Positions 16,378 to 27,650 of a DNA stretch of 64,000 nt are shown here, piece by piece. The position numbers and the translations under genes were made by a program. The DNA is taken from positions 1 through 64,000 of the IMG/VR virus record IMGVR_UViG_3300014502_000001. One strand, given 5' to 3'. Origin of the DNA: a virus. Numbering within the stretch: position 1 is the stretch's first letter; every line of letters starts with the position of its first letter. The notes beneath the pieces are model-generated. The model made no database searches and was not told the DNA's origin. It saw only the letters and a program-made list of their open reading frames with translations.

Positions 16378-18375
16378 CTATCTGATGATCCGGTTAAAGC
16401 CAAAACTTGAGGCAATCTCGTCCTCAGCCTCTTTCAGTGTGCTAGCCCGCCGCTGTTCCACTGGGTCAGCCATTGGATTGGTCTGCTTAGCCCGCTGAGG
16501 CAGCCGCGCCTCTTGTGCGTCGGGATTGGTGCGCGCCTCATTCAGGAACGCACCCCAAGCCGCTCCGCACAGTGCGTCCGCAACGTCCTTGCTACCATTG
16601 GACGGGTGATCAACCTTTTCACCCTTTTTTTCCAGCCGCCCTAGCTCAGTGACCAGCACCTCGTGCTTGTAAATTCTGATACGCTTGTCGTAGAAGGAAT
16701 CCTTCAAGTTGACATAGGGCGAAATGTCCGAGTCCACGCTCAGCGTGTCAGCTCTAAAGCCTTCGGCCTGGAGCTTTTGGATGGAGTGAACGCTTTGCCA
16801 CGAGTCATACGTGACACTGTAAATGCTCATGCCGTGATTGCGGAGCATGCGCACTACGTCCAGCACGCGGTCAAAGATGATCTCGCCACCCCTGGGCGCC
16901 ACCACTCGTAGCACCATGTCGGCCTCGTACACCGCTTCAATCACCCGCGCTCCGGAGCGCATTTGCGTTTGCCAGTCTCCAATGTGGACGACCCCTATGC
17001 CGCAGGCGTCACCGTTCTTTGCCAAGTCAATGTGGATGTAACGCAGGCGAGAGGGATGACGTGTTGGCTTCCAGCGCTTTAACTTTTCATCGTACGTGAA
17101 GAGCGCCTTTTCTACCAGCCCAGAGCCATCCTGCAGTGTGGTCTCCTCGTTGGTCCACGGGTGCTCCAGACCAACGAGCCGCCCTGCTTCTATGGCCTCG
17201 TAGATGGGATCCGACGAAGAGAAGAATGGATTGATAGCCCGCGTGACCTCGCCTGCAAAGTCACGCACTGAGCCTTCAATGTCTCTGTAAAAGTCGTCGT
17301 ACAGCTCTACAGGAGGATCGATGACTTTACCTTCCACCGGCCCTGCTGTAGAGCTGAATTGTACAGGCGCAACGGTGCCTGTCTTTTTGTCCACCTGATC
17401 CAGCATGCGAGAGCCACGCCTGCTACTGCCAACTTCAACACGGAACGTGCGACCACTGAAAACTGGATTCCCCTGGATGAACACTCCACGTTTTGCCTCC
17501 CAAATGGACTTGCGCACCAGCTTCACTGTGCGCCCTAGCTCGCCTGCCTCCTCAGCCTCCCTGATGCGCCTTTCAATAAAGTCGTCAGGATACTGCGCAC
17601 TGCTGAGGAGGAAGAACTTGCCCAGCTGCAACCCGCCGCTGCTGAAACGCCCTTTCATGCGTCGACTGATTACATCGTAAAGGCGCTGCGCCGGATCGAG
17701 CGCTTCACCAAACGCCCGCTTAGACTTTTCAATGACTCTGAAAAAGTTAAGCTCATCGCCCGCGCCCGCGTAGATGTCATCACCCAGTGCGCTGAGTGAA
17801 TCGCCCGTTCCAGGCTTGAACATGAGTTGGGGACCTGTGTGCTCTGCGACATCTGACTCTAGGCCTGACAACCGCCACACGAGCGTGTCTTGAAGACGCA
17901 TGTCACGCGTGAAGCGCTCCCTAAAAAAAGGGCTGCTATCCACCATTGTCTTGACACGAGTGAAGATCACTTCCTTGGCTTTCAAGGCATTGATGCTCAT
18001 GTTCACGATGACGATCGGTGATGCAGGGCTAGCGCCTAACCAGCGATGCGGATTCTTGAAGTGCCCTATGTGGCCAATCATGTACGTCAGTGCCAAACTC
18101 GTCATGAAGGTCTTGCCAATACTTGTCCCTCCGGTCATGATCACTTCAATGTAGTGTGAGCCGCTGGAAAAGATGTCGATCAATTCGGGCTTGTTAGATG
18201 GATAGAGATCCTTAGCAACTTTGCCCATGTAGTAATCGTCTTCCAGGTACTGCTCTATGTCAACAAACGGGTGACCGTCTTTATAGATCTCAAGAGAACT
18301 AGCGTCCAGATCCTGCTCAGAGACCATGTCGGCGCTGAGCTGATCTATGATGCGCCAGTCATCGAATTTAGGCAT
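16378..18375 (-). CDS. terL: Terminase large subunit
   Basis: Walker A GGTSIGKT, Walker B AGDE, nuclease HIDLA, YDSWQS and DHPSNGSKDVADA. Confidence 0.9.
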   Translation of the reverse strand: MPKFDDWRIIDQLSADMVSEQDLDASSLEIYKDGHPFVDIEQYLEDDYYMGKVAKDLYPSNKPELIDIFSSGSHYIEVIMTGGTSIGKTFMTSLALTYMIGHIGHFKNPHRWLGASPASPIVIVNMSINALKAKEVIFTRVKTMVDSSPFFRERFTRDMRLQDTLVWRLSGLESDVAEHTGPQLMFKPGTGDSLSALGDDIYAGAGDELNFFRVIEKSKRAFGEALDPAQRLYDVISRRMKGRFSSGGLQLGKFFLLSSAQYPDDFIERRIREAEEAGELGRTVKLVRKSIWEAKRGVFIQGNPVFSGRTFRVEVGSSRRGSRMLDQVDKKTGTVAPVQFSSTAGPVEGKVIDPPVELYDDFYRDIEGSVRDFAGEVTRAINPFFSSSDPIYEAIEAGRLVGLEHPWTNEETTLQDGSGLVEKALFTYDEKLKRWKPTRHPSRLRYIHIDLAKNGDACGIGVVHIGDWQTQMRSGARVIEAVYEADMVLRVVAPRGGEIIFDRVLDVVRMLRNHGMSIYSVTYDSWQSVHSIQKLQAEGFRADTLSVDSDISPYVNLKDSFYDKRIRIYKHEVLVTELGRLEKKGEKVDHPSNGSKDVADALCGAAWGAFLNEARTNPDAQEARLPQRAKQTNPMADPVEQRRASTLKEAEDEIASSFGFNRIIR

Positions 18376-18392
18376 GTTCAGATTCTATGCTG

Positions 18393-19138
18393 TCACTTTC
18401 CAAAAAGCCTTTTGCGGTTGTATGCCAGAACAGCTTCCATCTGCAAGAGGCTGCTGGTGTGATCAGGCGCATGAAGGAACTTTATCGGCACAGCACAGCA
18501 CTGGATCACCTGCTCTTTCAGCCGCCGCTGCTGCTCTAAAAAATTCAGCTCTCTCGTGAGCGCTTCACTCATGTTTCACCTCTTCCTCGTCTATAGGCTT
18601 GTACTCGTACCACTCTATCTCATTCACGCGCCGCCACTCTCCACTGCCACTAACGCCCACCAGCGTCAAGTGAACCACACCTGCTGTGCTCATGTCATCA
18701 ATGTCGGCCAGCTGGAACGCACCGAACAGATTGATACGCAATCGCCACAGTATGCGTATGCCGACTTTCATCGGCTGGGTGGGAGCGAACGGCGGCAGAA
18801 CTATGCCACCAGGCTTTTCAGCTTTAACAGGCTTTTCAGCTTTAGGGCTCAATGCACTGTTCCTTGTTGATCAGGGCAACTTTAATCTTTTCCCTCTTGC
18901 CGCACTTCCAGCACTCGTCCACAGCGTTGTCCTCACCAGGCTTTGCACCTAAGATGACAGTGGTAAAGAATTTGTGATCGCAAGCCGCTTGCCTATTCTT
19001 CTGTGCCAGCGTCATCATCTCAGCGGCCAGCTGGAATTGCTCACTGATGGAACACTGCTGGAATAATTCCCTGACAAGGCCAACGGGATCTTTTGCATTA
19101 GCGTGTATCGCCACAACCGCTCTGGGTGTAAGGAACAT
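18393..19138 (-). other. Small hypothetical ORFs (18393-18572, 18565-18852, 18842-19138)
   Basis: Co-oriented, coupled ORFs. Confidence 0.5.
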
Positions 19139-19258
19139 GTCAGCGCTCTCCTCTTCTGCTGCTGATCCACTTTGTGCAGAACCAAACTATTCCAGCAATT
19201 GCACCAAAGATCAAAAGTGTTATAAGGTTGGCCAGGACTTTAACCAGTATCGCGGCTA

Positions 19259-19747
19259 TCATCGATCTCGCTCCTCTGCCACGCGCTGGTCGTGGATGGC
19301 CACCTTCACGCGCTCCACAAACCAAACTATCAGCTCAGCCTTCCTATCGTTGAATTCATCCCAAAGGCGATTGCGTGTTTGCTCGTCCAGTTGCTGAAAG
19401 CTCTCTTCCACAAATCCACGCCTCACCTGTTTTTCAGTCTGATTGAGCAGAGGCTCCATCTCCTGGAAGAACTTTTCGCTCTCCACCATCCAGCTGGCCA
19501 CCAGCCTAGCCACGCCGAGCTCCTTGAACGCGCTGTCACCAAAGCCACCGCTCTTCAGTTTTTCAGCTTGGGTGGTGATGTAGCCGTTATACGCATCGGC
19601 CACTTTGTTGTAAGCTTCCAGGCGGGATCGCACGCGGGCGATTGTTTTGAAGGCCAGATCAGTTGTCTCACTGCGGACAACGTCTGAAACGGCTGACTCA
19701 GCTGCTACGCGGCTTTGGTCATCACGGATGATGGGGTTGTTTGGCAT
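19259..19747 (-). CDS. Helical protein, possible terminase small subunit
   Basis: Size, helical character, first gene behind a promoter upstream of terL; no diagnostic motif. Confidence 0.3.
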   Translation of the reverse strand: MPNNPIIRDDQSRVAAESAVSDVVRSETTDLAFKTIARVRSRLEAYNKVADAYNGYITTQAEKLKSGGFGDSAFKELGVARLVASWMVESEKFFQEMEPLLNQTEKQVRRGFVEESFQQLDEQTRNRLWDEFNDRKAELIVWFVERVKVAIHDQRVAEERDR

Positions 19748-19782
19748 TGGGTGGGATCGTCCTTTTTTTTCCTCTCTACAAC

Positions 19783-19811
19783 CTTATACTATACTGTGCC
19801 AGCCCTGTAAA
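19783..19811 (-). promoter_or_regulatory. sigma70-like promoter TTTACA-N17-TATAAG
   Basis: Intergenic, upstream of 19747. Confidence 0.5.
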
Positions 19812-19831
19812 GTGCCCTGGCTTCCAGCCCA

Positions 19832-22800
19832 TTACTCAGGCTTGGGTTTTCCGGCCCGCTGCTGCCCTTCCTCGGCCTGTTCCTTGTCCGTATCCTCCTG
19901 CGCCAGCAATGAAAGGACAGCATTCAGCTCCTGATGATTGGGCTTGAATTCTCCCATGTTGGTCTCGTAAAATGAATTCGCTTTGCGCGCCGCCCTTAAC
20001 AGCCTTATAAACAGCGGACGCAGATACTCGTGCTCGGCCAGCTTTTTCATGACCTCAGCCAACTCCTTATTAGCCGCAAACAGGGGATGCTTATCACATG
20101 TCCTGATATGCTCAGCCACGCTTTCAGCCGCCTCATTATCCAACGGGAATTCCTTCCCGCAATAGGCACAATATGTGCCGCGCCGCCGCTGGGGTTGATG
20201 AAGCAATTCAGCGATCAAATCCCTGGTATCCAGTGCCACCTCGAGCTCCAGGTTTTTGCGCCACAGATGATGGTCACCTTCTTCGGGATTGTAATATAAA
20301 GATTCAATCTCTCCACGCTCTCTGATGTCTCTCATGACTTGTTCTCCTTATTGTCGCAGATGATAATGAAATCCTCTTTCATTGCTTCCTTACCTGTTTC
20401 CAGCATCTGGCCCAGAGCGACGTCCTGCAGGTCACACCGCCCAAGAGTGTCACCCTGGATTCCTGCATGAACGACAATACGCTGGCTGCCAGCTGTACGC
20501 CTTCCTTGCTCAAGGTGTCCGCCTGTTCCACGTTTGCAGCGCATGGCGCTCTTGACGAAAGTATTTAACACCAGCCGCCGCGCAAGGGCGATCACTGCCG
20601 TGACGCAGCATCCACTCCCCACGACCAAAATGCACAATGTCTGCCGTGCCTCCGCAAAAAGGACATGGCTTCATTTTAGCTTTCCCTCTGGCCTTGCTCA
20701 TGGCTTCCGCGCCTTTTCGATTTCCTTCACGATTTCCTTTATCGCATTGACATTGGCCATCAGCCCGTCGCTGCTCCAGGCCGCAATGTCCTTAGCCTTA
20801 TTCAGCAGCTTTTCCCACAGCGGCGCTAGCCGCTCGTGCATGGCTAGGTGCGCCATGGTCAGCGCCATAGGATGCTTTGGACAAAGGCTGATATGTTCAA
20901 CCAGCTGTGCGTCCGTCACCGTATCCCTGGGAAACTCCTTGCCACAGAATGCGCAGCCTGTGACATTCTGCTTTATGACCACGTTGCGCACAGCCGCAAT
21001 TACAGGAGCCGACTCGGCGCTGCGATGGTGGCCCTTTTCATATGCCAGCCACTGTAACATTTGTTCCTGCGTGACAGGCTTCTTCTTTTTTTCACTCATC
21101 TCATTTTCTCCTCATCAGATAATAAACCAGCCTATTGAAGATGCTGATTTTCTTGCCCGTGCGCGGATCTATTATACCTCCGGTGGTACGATAATTACAA
21201 AGACAATCTTCGCAGAACGTGGGGCTGTCGGGATATGCACAATCAAACTCCTCGCCGTCCGTCGTACTCGTGTGACTCATCAAACATATGGGACGCTTCA
21301 CGACCTCACCTCATTCAATATAGTCCTGCTTATAGTTTCATACAGATCAACCGGCCCGCTGCTACCAGTGTGATAAAGGGCCAGTGCCTTGATCTGCTCT
21401 TCAGTCAGCACAATGCTCACAGCTCTGTATGATGGAGAATCTCCACATAGCACCATAGGTGCATCGTCCCTGATTATTACTGTGAGAACATTGGATGGAT
21501 AACGCGGATCTTTAGGCTTCATAGCTTTATCCCATCATCAGGCATTTTATTCACCTTCACGGTCAGCGGATCGTCCGTCACCACTTCCGCCAATATGCCC
21601 ATCGCTATTAGCCGCTGTACGCGCTCGGCGCTGATGCGCTCCTTCGCTCCGTCGGCATACGTGATTTCCACCAGACCGTCGTCTTTCATGGCACCACCTT
21701 TATACCTTTGTTCTCCAGCCAGTCGATCAGATATTCTGTTCCCGGCTGTGATATCTCCTCAACCAAAAACCCAAACCAGGCTTTTGGCATTTTCTTCAGC
21801 ATTTCATCAATCTCATAGCGGCTGAGAGTAATTGCCTTCGGCGCTGGGCGCACACCAAAAGAGCACTCAATACAGTCGTGAACATAATTGAGTTTCTCAA
21901 TCTCAGCTTCCTTAAACTCGTGAGAATCCTTTTTGTTCAGCGTCAAGCGCCACTTATCTTCCACCCACTGTTTCAGCTCTTTAGCCGAGTATTTTGGCAT
22001 CATGGCTTAGGTCCTGAAAAATAATACCCATCACGCTTGATGGTGATAAGCCAGCGTCCATGGCGACGCAGCTTTATTTTCTTACGCAACCGTTTTGATC
22101 TGCTCATCGGTGACTCCTTTCCCACGGCGGACGCCGTTCCCAGCGCCTTAGCTTTTTAGGCTTCATTTTATTCATCACCTGTTCCATATGCTGGAAAGCT
22201 TCAATCGCTTGATAAACCACAGCTGTGTGATGATTCATAAAAGCAGTCAGCGCATCCACATACGCCGTCACGAGCCTGATCAACTCCTTCATCACCTGCT
22301 GTCGCTGAGCACGATTGAATATCCGCATGCGGAACGCCCGCTCCCATCGCCACACATCACTCCTCAAAACGATGTTGCTCATTTTACTTCCAGCAATATA
22401 TGGAATTGCCGTACACCACCATATTCAGATGGCAGGATTTACACTCTGCCTTTTGTCCATGCTCAGGGATAGGCATAATTCCCTTACACTGCGGACATCG
22501 CAAATCAACAATGCCGATATATTTACCTGGTGAAATTTTAGAAGCAATTTTAGAATAAGCATGAAAATCCGACAGCGTAAAATGCTCAGCTCTCTCTGGT
22601 GGATCATAAAAGCCGGAGCCCGCTCCGAACAGATTCTGCAACTGATGCGCTGCAACTATTTCTGAAACCAGCCGCCGTATAAACAGCAGCAGTAAAGCCA
22701 CAAACAGAACAAGCACAATAGCGGCTTTCCATATCTGTCCACTGGCCAAGAAAAAGGTGAACCCGCTCATTATGGTAATGGCCCCAAACAGCGGCGAAAA

Positions 22801-23246
22801 TAAGTCATGCTGTTTCTTCAAGATACTCATGTCTGCTCCTCATTTAACCTTATTCATCTTTTCTGCAAATAACACTGCTCTTTTTAACGCACCGTGACCC
22901 ATAAATTTTACCCGCTTGCCATCCATCCAATTGGGAGGATAAGCATAGTGTTCCATTCGACCATACGCATCGTATGACTGAATATCTGTTCTGCCCACGT
23001 GCCAAACAGAACCATGCAGCAAAACAGCTCTGGACACCCAATATTTACGACCACGGAATATTCTCAATCTTCCTCCTCACAGCATTCGCAATAGTGTTCC
23101 CAGTCGTCGCCTTGCAATTTCCAGCGCCAGCCCTGATCACGCGCCTCTTCCAGAGCAGTCTTAAAATCAGGACTCTCCAAATATATGGTCTCGCCACAAA
23201 GGCTGCATGTCATCTCAAAGCCACTGGACGTTTGCTTTATGCTCAT
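19832..23246 (-). other. Cluster of small ORFs, many with Cys-x2-Cys zinc ribbons
   Basis: CAYCGKEFP...HIRTC.KHP (19832-20335) and its paralogue CAFCGKEFP...HISLC.KHP (20698-21099); other CxxC ORFs at 21101, 22384, 23064. Confidence 0.6.
20510..20701 (-). CDS. Lar-like restriction alleviation zinc-ribbon protein
   Basis: MKPCPFCGG...A...WNRR. Confidence 0.7.
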   Translation of the reverse strand: MSKARGKAKMKPCPFCGGTADIVHFGRGEWMLRHGSDRPCAAAGVKYFRQERHALQTWNRRTP

Positions 23247-23653
23247 TTTGGGTACAGCGTTTTGCGCATATCCAGCATCAGCCCTTCAAACTTATTACGA
23301 TAGGCTCTGTTGGCCGCCCGCTCTACCGCTGCCTTGGTCGGTGCAGGAGGCTTAGCCGCTCGCGCTGCGTCATACGTCTGGCCAACCTTTTCCACGCTGG
23401 TGTTGAAATATACGGCCAGCTGTTCGCGGTTGACTTTGCTGTCTTCCATGTCCAGCATATCCTTTATAACCGCCGTGCGGAAGCTACCCCACAAATCCTC
23501 AACACGAGGAAATGATACCCGCTCACCACTGAAAGTGACCAATATTTTGCTCACCGTTTCCACATCAAACAGCATCAGCAAATCACAGACAACACTATTG
23601 GGGTTGGCATCAGCCGCCACCATAATTGCGTCTGTAAATGTGGCATCATTCAT
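23243..23653 (-). CDS. Mor/C-like transcription activator
   Basis: ILVTFSGERVSFP followed by HTH NREQLAVYFNTSVEKV. Confidence 0.55.
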   Translation of the reverse strand: MNDATFTDAIMVAADANPNSVVCDLLMLFDVETVSKILVTFSGERVSFPRVEDLWGSFRTAVIKDMLDMEDSKVNREQLAVYFNTSVEKVGQTYDAARAAKPPAPTKAAVERAANRAYRNKFEGLMLDMRKTLYPK

Positions 23654-24314
23654 GGGCTATATCTATGGCCGATTGCATGCTGACCTTTTGGCTGAAAATA
23701 TCCACAGCCCAAGGATGGTCCTTATATCTCTGTCTAGCTAGCTCCGCCAGGTCACGATCAAACTGCTCCAGTGTTTCTTTCATTTCATACTGCTTAGCTG
23801 GATCAATAAATGAATTCTCGCAGTGCTCAATCATAGCGCTGGCTTCCTCTATCGGAACCAGGCTCACACGTGCCAGCTTATCTCTGCCGCGATCGTATAT
23901 CTTACGCGCTTCACTTTCTTTAACATTGGTGACAAAAGCAATGTCTGGAAAGTCCTCACCCTCGTCATGCATTTTCACGATGACTTGTTCAATCTTTGTG
24001 GGCACCATAGGAATTTGATATGCTCTGGCACAGCGCAGCACTGCGGTGTGAAGATAAAAATGCACTCTAAAATATAAAAATGTCGTTGGGCTCCTCAGCT
24101 CCTTGCGCAGCTGCTTATGATTCTTCAGCCCAACGAACATGGCCAATTTCACTTCCTGCACGAGATCATCCACCCACGGTGAAAAGGCTTTATATCTCCC
24201 AGCAATTTTCCTGATCAGGCCGTCACAGCTTTCGATCATATCTGAAAAAGCCTTTTTACGCCCAGAGGCGCAATACTTTTCGAAAGCCTGCGTGATCAGC
24301 TTTTTGTCATACAC
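23646..24314 (-). CDS. Phage sigma-70-like factor
   Basis: Region-2-like LIRKIAGRY...DDLVQEV and a downstream HTH. Confidence 0.65.
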   Translation of the reverse strand: MYDKKLITQAFEKYCASGRKKAFSDMIESCDGLIRKIAGRYKAFSPWVDDLVQEVKLAMFVGLKNHKQLRKELRSPTTFLYFRVHFYLHTAVLRCARAYQIPMVPTKIEQVIVKMHDEGEDFPDIAFVTNVKESEARKIYDRGRDKLARVSLVPIEEASAMIEHCENSFIDPAKQYEMKETLEQFDRDLAELARQRYKDHPWAVDIFSQKVSMQSAIDIAHE

Positions 24315-25254
24315 GAGTTATTTTCCTGTCGAGATCGTAGTCCTCGTCGTACGGCTTAGCTGTTAAAAAAGCCTTGTCCACTTGGTCCTGTGTGGCCTCG
24401 TCAGGATCCTTAGCGTCCAACGCACACATCATCACCGTCCACCCGCTGCGCCGCAGCCTAGCCGCTATCAGCTCATTTTCTCTGGCTGCGTCCTTATCCA
24501 GCATCATCCATATTGTACGATCCTTGCCGAGATTTGACAGCTTATTAAATTGACGTTCACTCATAGCCTTGCTCAGCAGTGCCATAGGCCATAAACCTTT
24601 ACACGTTTTGCGCCTCAATGAAATAGCATCAATGATGCCCTCAACCAGCACGATATCATCCTTGTACTCTTCTCCCAGCAGCGTGTCTGTACAGAATATG
24701 ACATCAGCCGCAACATGCACCGTTTCACCTTTGTGGGGATAGAGATATCGTGGCTCAAGGTTTGGCATGAACGACCGCGCTGAGATACAAACAATTTCGC
24801 TGCCTTCATATATGGGGAAAATCACTCGCCCATAATACCGCGCCTTTTCCGCAAAGCGCACATCATAGAGCTCTATTTCCTCTGTAGTGAATCCACGCCT
24901 TAGCAGATATTGTGTGGCCAGCCCATCCATCACTGATCCCACCGTACCAATTTTTGGGAATAAGCTACAGTCAATCAGAACAGGCGCTATGGCCTCAACC
25001 GTAGCAGTCTGTGGAGCACGATGATATTTGATAGCGTTAGCCGCTTCATCCAGCCCCATGAATTTCAGCAGGGCAGAAAGCAGTCCTTCCTCACTACATT
25101 TTTTGCAACTGAAGAGGCGCTTCTTTACGTTCACATAGCAGTGACTGTGTGAGCCAGCGGATTCCTCACAATATGGGCAAGGGATGACATATTCATCCTC
25201 CGACGCCCAGCGCCCGCCTTCAATCAGCTGCTCAATATCGACAACCTTATTCAT
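24307..25254 (-). CDS. DNA primase (zinc finger + TOPRIM)
   Basis: CPYC..H...CKKC; YLLRRG; VEGIIDA; LDKD; KDPDE. Confidence 0.88.
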   Translation of the reverse strand: MNKVVDIEQLIEGGRWASEDEYVIPCPYCEESAGSHSHCYVNVKKRLFSCKKCSEEGLLSALLKFMGLDEAANAIKYHRAPQTATVEAIAPVLIDCSLFPKIGTVGSVMDGLATQYLLRRGFTTEEIELYDVRFAEKARYYGRVIFPIYEGSEIVCISARSFMPNLEPRYLYPHKGETVHVAADVIFCTDTLLGEEYKDDIVLVEGIIDAISLRRKTCKGLWPMALLSKAMSERQFNKLSNLGKDRTIWMMLDKDAARENELIAARLRRSGWTVMMCALDAKDPDEATQDQVDKAFLTAKPYDEDYDLDRKITRV

Positions 25255-25388
25255 GCTCATATTATACGCTTATTTCAGAAGAAAAGCCAGAGACAGATTG
25301 CTCGGACATTAGCCGGAGTAGAACACGGCGACAATGAAAAGCGACAATCTGAATACCCACAGCGTTCTCTCACTGTCTCTGGCCAAAT

Positions 25389-26176
25389 TTAACCTGTGAT
25401 AATAAGCTTGTGCCCTGGACGCGGCTGCACTCCAGGCACAACGAGCAGTGACCTTTTAGGTGCCACCGCATCAGCAAACTCCTGCATATTTTTGGCAAAA
25501 TTCTCATCCGCAGCAAGCCGCTTTGTTATGGACATCACGACCTCCGGAGGAACACCAAATATGTTCTCAAGCAGGTTGCCACAGAACGCCTCTTCAATTT
25601 GCAGCCGCATCATCTGAGGAACGGCGTCACGCTTTTCCTTTTTAATAACTTTTATCGTACCGTTGGCCAGCATCCTATAGGCCACCAAGTGTTCCACCGC
25701 CGCTAGGAAGTGATCCTTCTTTATCGTCGCTTTAGTTTGCGGAATGCCCATTTTATTCTCCTAAAACCAATTGGTCTCTTTTCCGAGCTCTTCAATCTCT
25801 TTCTCGATCTTATCGTCAATTACTTTTCCACATTCCTTGCAAAAACCACCCATTTCACATTCCTTACAAATAAACTTTCCACACGAGATACAAACAGCAG
25901 CTCTGTACCACGGAACCACGTTTCCGCAGCTACAGATGGAAACTGCTTTCAACCTTAAAATCCCTTTCTGAAATATCGCCATGCCATAGCGCTGGTGGTA
26001 TCCACCCATTTTCTGCCAGCAGCGGTGCGCATTTTTTCCACGAGCCCTTTACGCTCCAGGGCGCGCAGCTCTGTGCGTGTTAGGCCGCTGCCGTTGGGTC
26101 GGACAGATGTGTCCTTACCAAATATGGCCTTAGCCTTTTCTATCAGCTCGTCGTTAACCTTTACCTTTTTTGACAT
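25389..26176 (-). other. Hypothetical ORFs (25389-25751, 25761-26009, 25955-26176)
   Basis: Co-oriented small ORFs, one Cys-rich. Confidence 0.5.
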
Positions 26177-26618
26177 CGATCTTCGCTCCTCTTTCCATCA
26201 AACTTCCATAATAGGAAATAAGCAACGCGTCCGCATTGCCGTGGGTGATAAGCTCCTTTGGGAACAACCGCTCCGCCGCCGCCTTAGATATGTTTTTGTC
26301 GCCATGGGTAGAACACCCCAGCGCCTTCTGCCAGGCTTGCGGCGTCACTTCCACTGTCCGCACCTTACCAACAACCAGGGCGCGCAACAGGCCGTATATC
26401 CATCCGAACTTGAATGAGGAGGCCACACCCTGCTTAGGCATGGAGTGAACCTTCTCGATGTAGCAAACGTCTGCCGACGATACACAGATATTGACCTCAT
26501 CTATGATGGTCGTTTCTGTTTGCCCAGCAAAAGAGTATGAAGCCGCAACATCAGCAGCGTCTGATATCAGAGCAATGCCGCCGCCCCAGCCAGGATCAAT
26601 ACCAGTAATGAATTTCAT
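26154..26618 (-). CDS. RuvC-like Holliday junction resolvase
   Basis: GIDPG, IEKVH, F.FG..YG, PQAWQK, ADALL. Confidence 0.85.
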   Translation of the reverse strand: MKFITGIDPGWGGGIALISDAADVAASYSFAGQTETTIIDEVNICVSSADVCYIEKVHSMPKQGVASSFKFGWIYGLLRALVVGKVRTVEVTPQAWQKALGCSTHGDKNISKAAAERLFPKELITHGNADALLISYYGSLMERGAKIDVKKGKG

Positions 26619-26718
26619 TTCTCTTTACCTTCTCTTTTTATCTCAACGAGAGCCTTGACAAGACCAATAACCACAGCTGCAAGTAGCACGATAGCTATGA
26701 TCAAAGTGATGATGCTTT

Positions 26719-26982
26719 TCATAGCCGCCCTTTTTCTGTCCTATATTTGGAGCCTAGCAAAAATCGTAATGCCATAGCCGCCGTATGGACAGCTTCCTGT
26801 TTCATGTGCTCCTCGTCAAGCTGTCGCCCATAAAAATAATCCAACGCGGCTTGCGTCAGCTCACCACTTTCCTCAGCCACAATAGCAGCAGCATGAATAG
26901 GATCAATAGGCCAGCTAGGGAAAAGCCTCTCCGCTCTGGACAGCTCTGTCACTATGGCCGCTAAAGCCTCTTCGGGCGTCAA
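26719..26982 (-). CDS. MazG-like nucleotide pyrophosphohydrolase
   Basis: AEESGEL...QEAVHTAAMA. Confidence 0.65.
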   Translation of the reverse strand: MTPEEALAAIVTELSRAERLFPSWPIDPIHAAAIVAEESGELTQAALDYFYGRQLDEEHMKQEAVHTAAMALRFLLGSKYRTEKGRL

Positions 26983-27650
26983 ATTCCTTTCTCCTTATAT
27001 CTGCGCTGAAGATCGAGAACGCCCTTGCCATATTCCAAATTGGGCATCATTTTGCTTTTGTTCAAAAGATCCCAAACAGGACTCGTTCCCCAGAAATAAC
27101 TGTTGACCGTGATGAGCCAAGAGTCCAGCCCTTCGCTCATCCAGTATTTGCGCAGCTCCACCAGAACTCTGATACCAACCTCTGTGCAAATAACAGGATC
27201 CAGCAGCAGCGCATTCGTAGGATTAACATATCCCATTTCCAGCAAGTGACGCCTAGCCGTTAAAGGATGAACCTGCATAATGCCATAACACTTGGCCGTG
27301 GATATGATAGCAGGCTCAAAATTGCTCTCACGCTCCATCACGCTGAGCACCAGCGAAGGCGTCAGCTCAATGCTCTGATTCAGCTGACACTGGGTGATGA
27401 TGATACGCGCCATTTCTGTTATTTGAAAGGCCGTCAGCTTGTTCTTTGAGGAATCCTGCAAGCTGTTCACGAGCTGCATATATTTAGCCACAGCAGGCAG
27501 CTGACGCGCATTGGCCTCTATGCGAACGTCCCGATCCAGATTAGACGCACGCATAACTCGAAGCTCATGCGTGTTAGAAATGGCAGCAAACGTACCGATC
27601 AGAGCTGCCATCAGCAGAACCGCCCAATAAGCGATTACAGTCTTTTTCAT
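26979..27650 (-). CDS. Membrane-anchored SLT lytic transglycosylase
   Basis: N-terminal TM; ERESNF catalytic Glu; GIMQV. Confidence 0.8.
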   Translation of the reverse strand: MKKTVIAYWAVLLMAALIGTFAAISNTHELRVMRASNLDRDVRIEANARQLPAVAKYMQLVNSLQDSSKNKLTAFQITEMARIIITQCQLNQSIELTPSLVLSVMERESNFEPAIISTAKCYGIMQVHPLTARRHLLEMGYVNPTNALLLDPVICTEVGIRVLVELRKYWMSEGLDSWLITVNSYFWGTSPVWDLLNKSKMMPNLEYGKGVLDLQRRYKEKGI

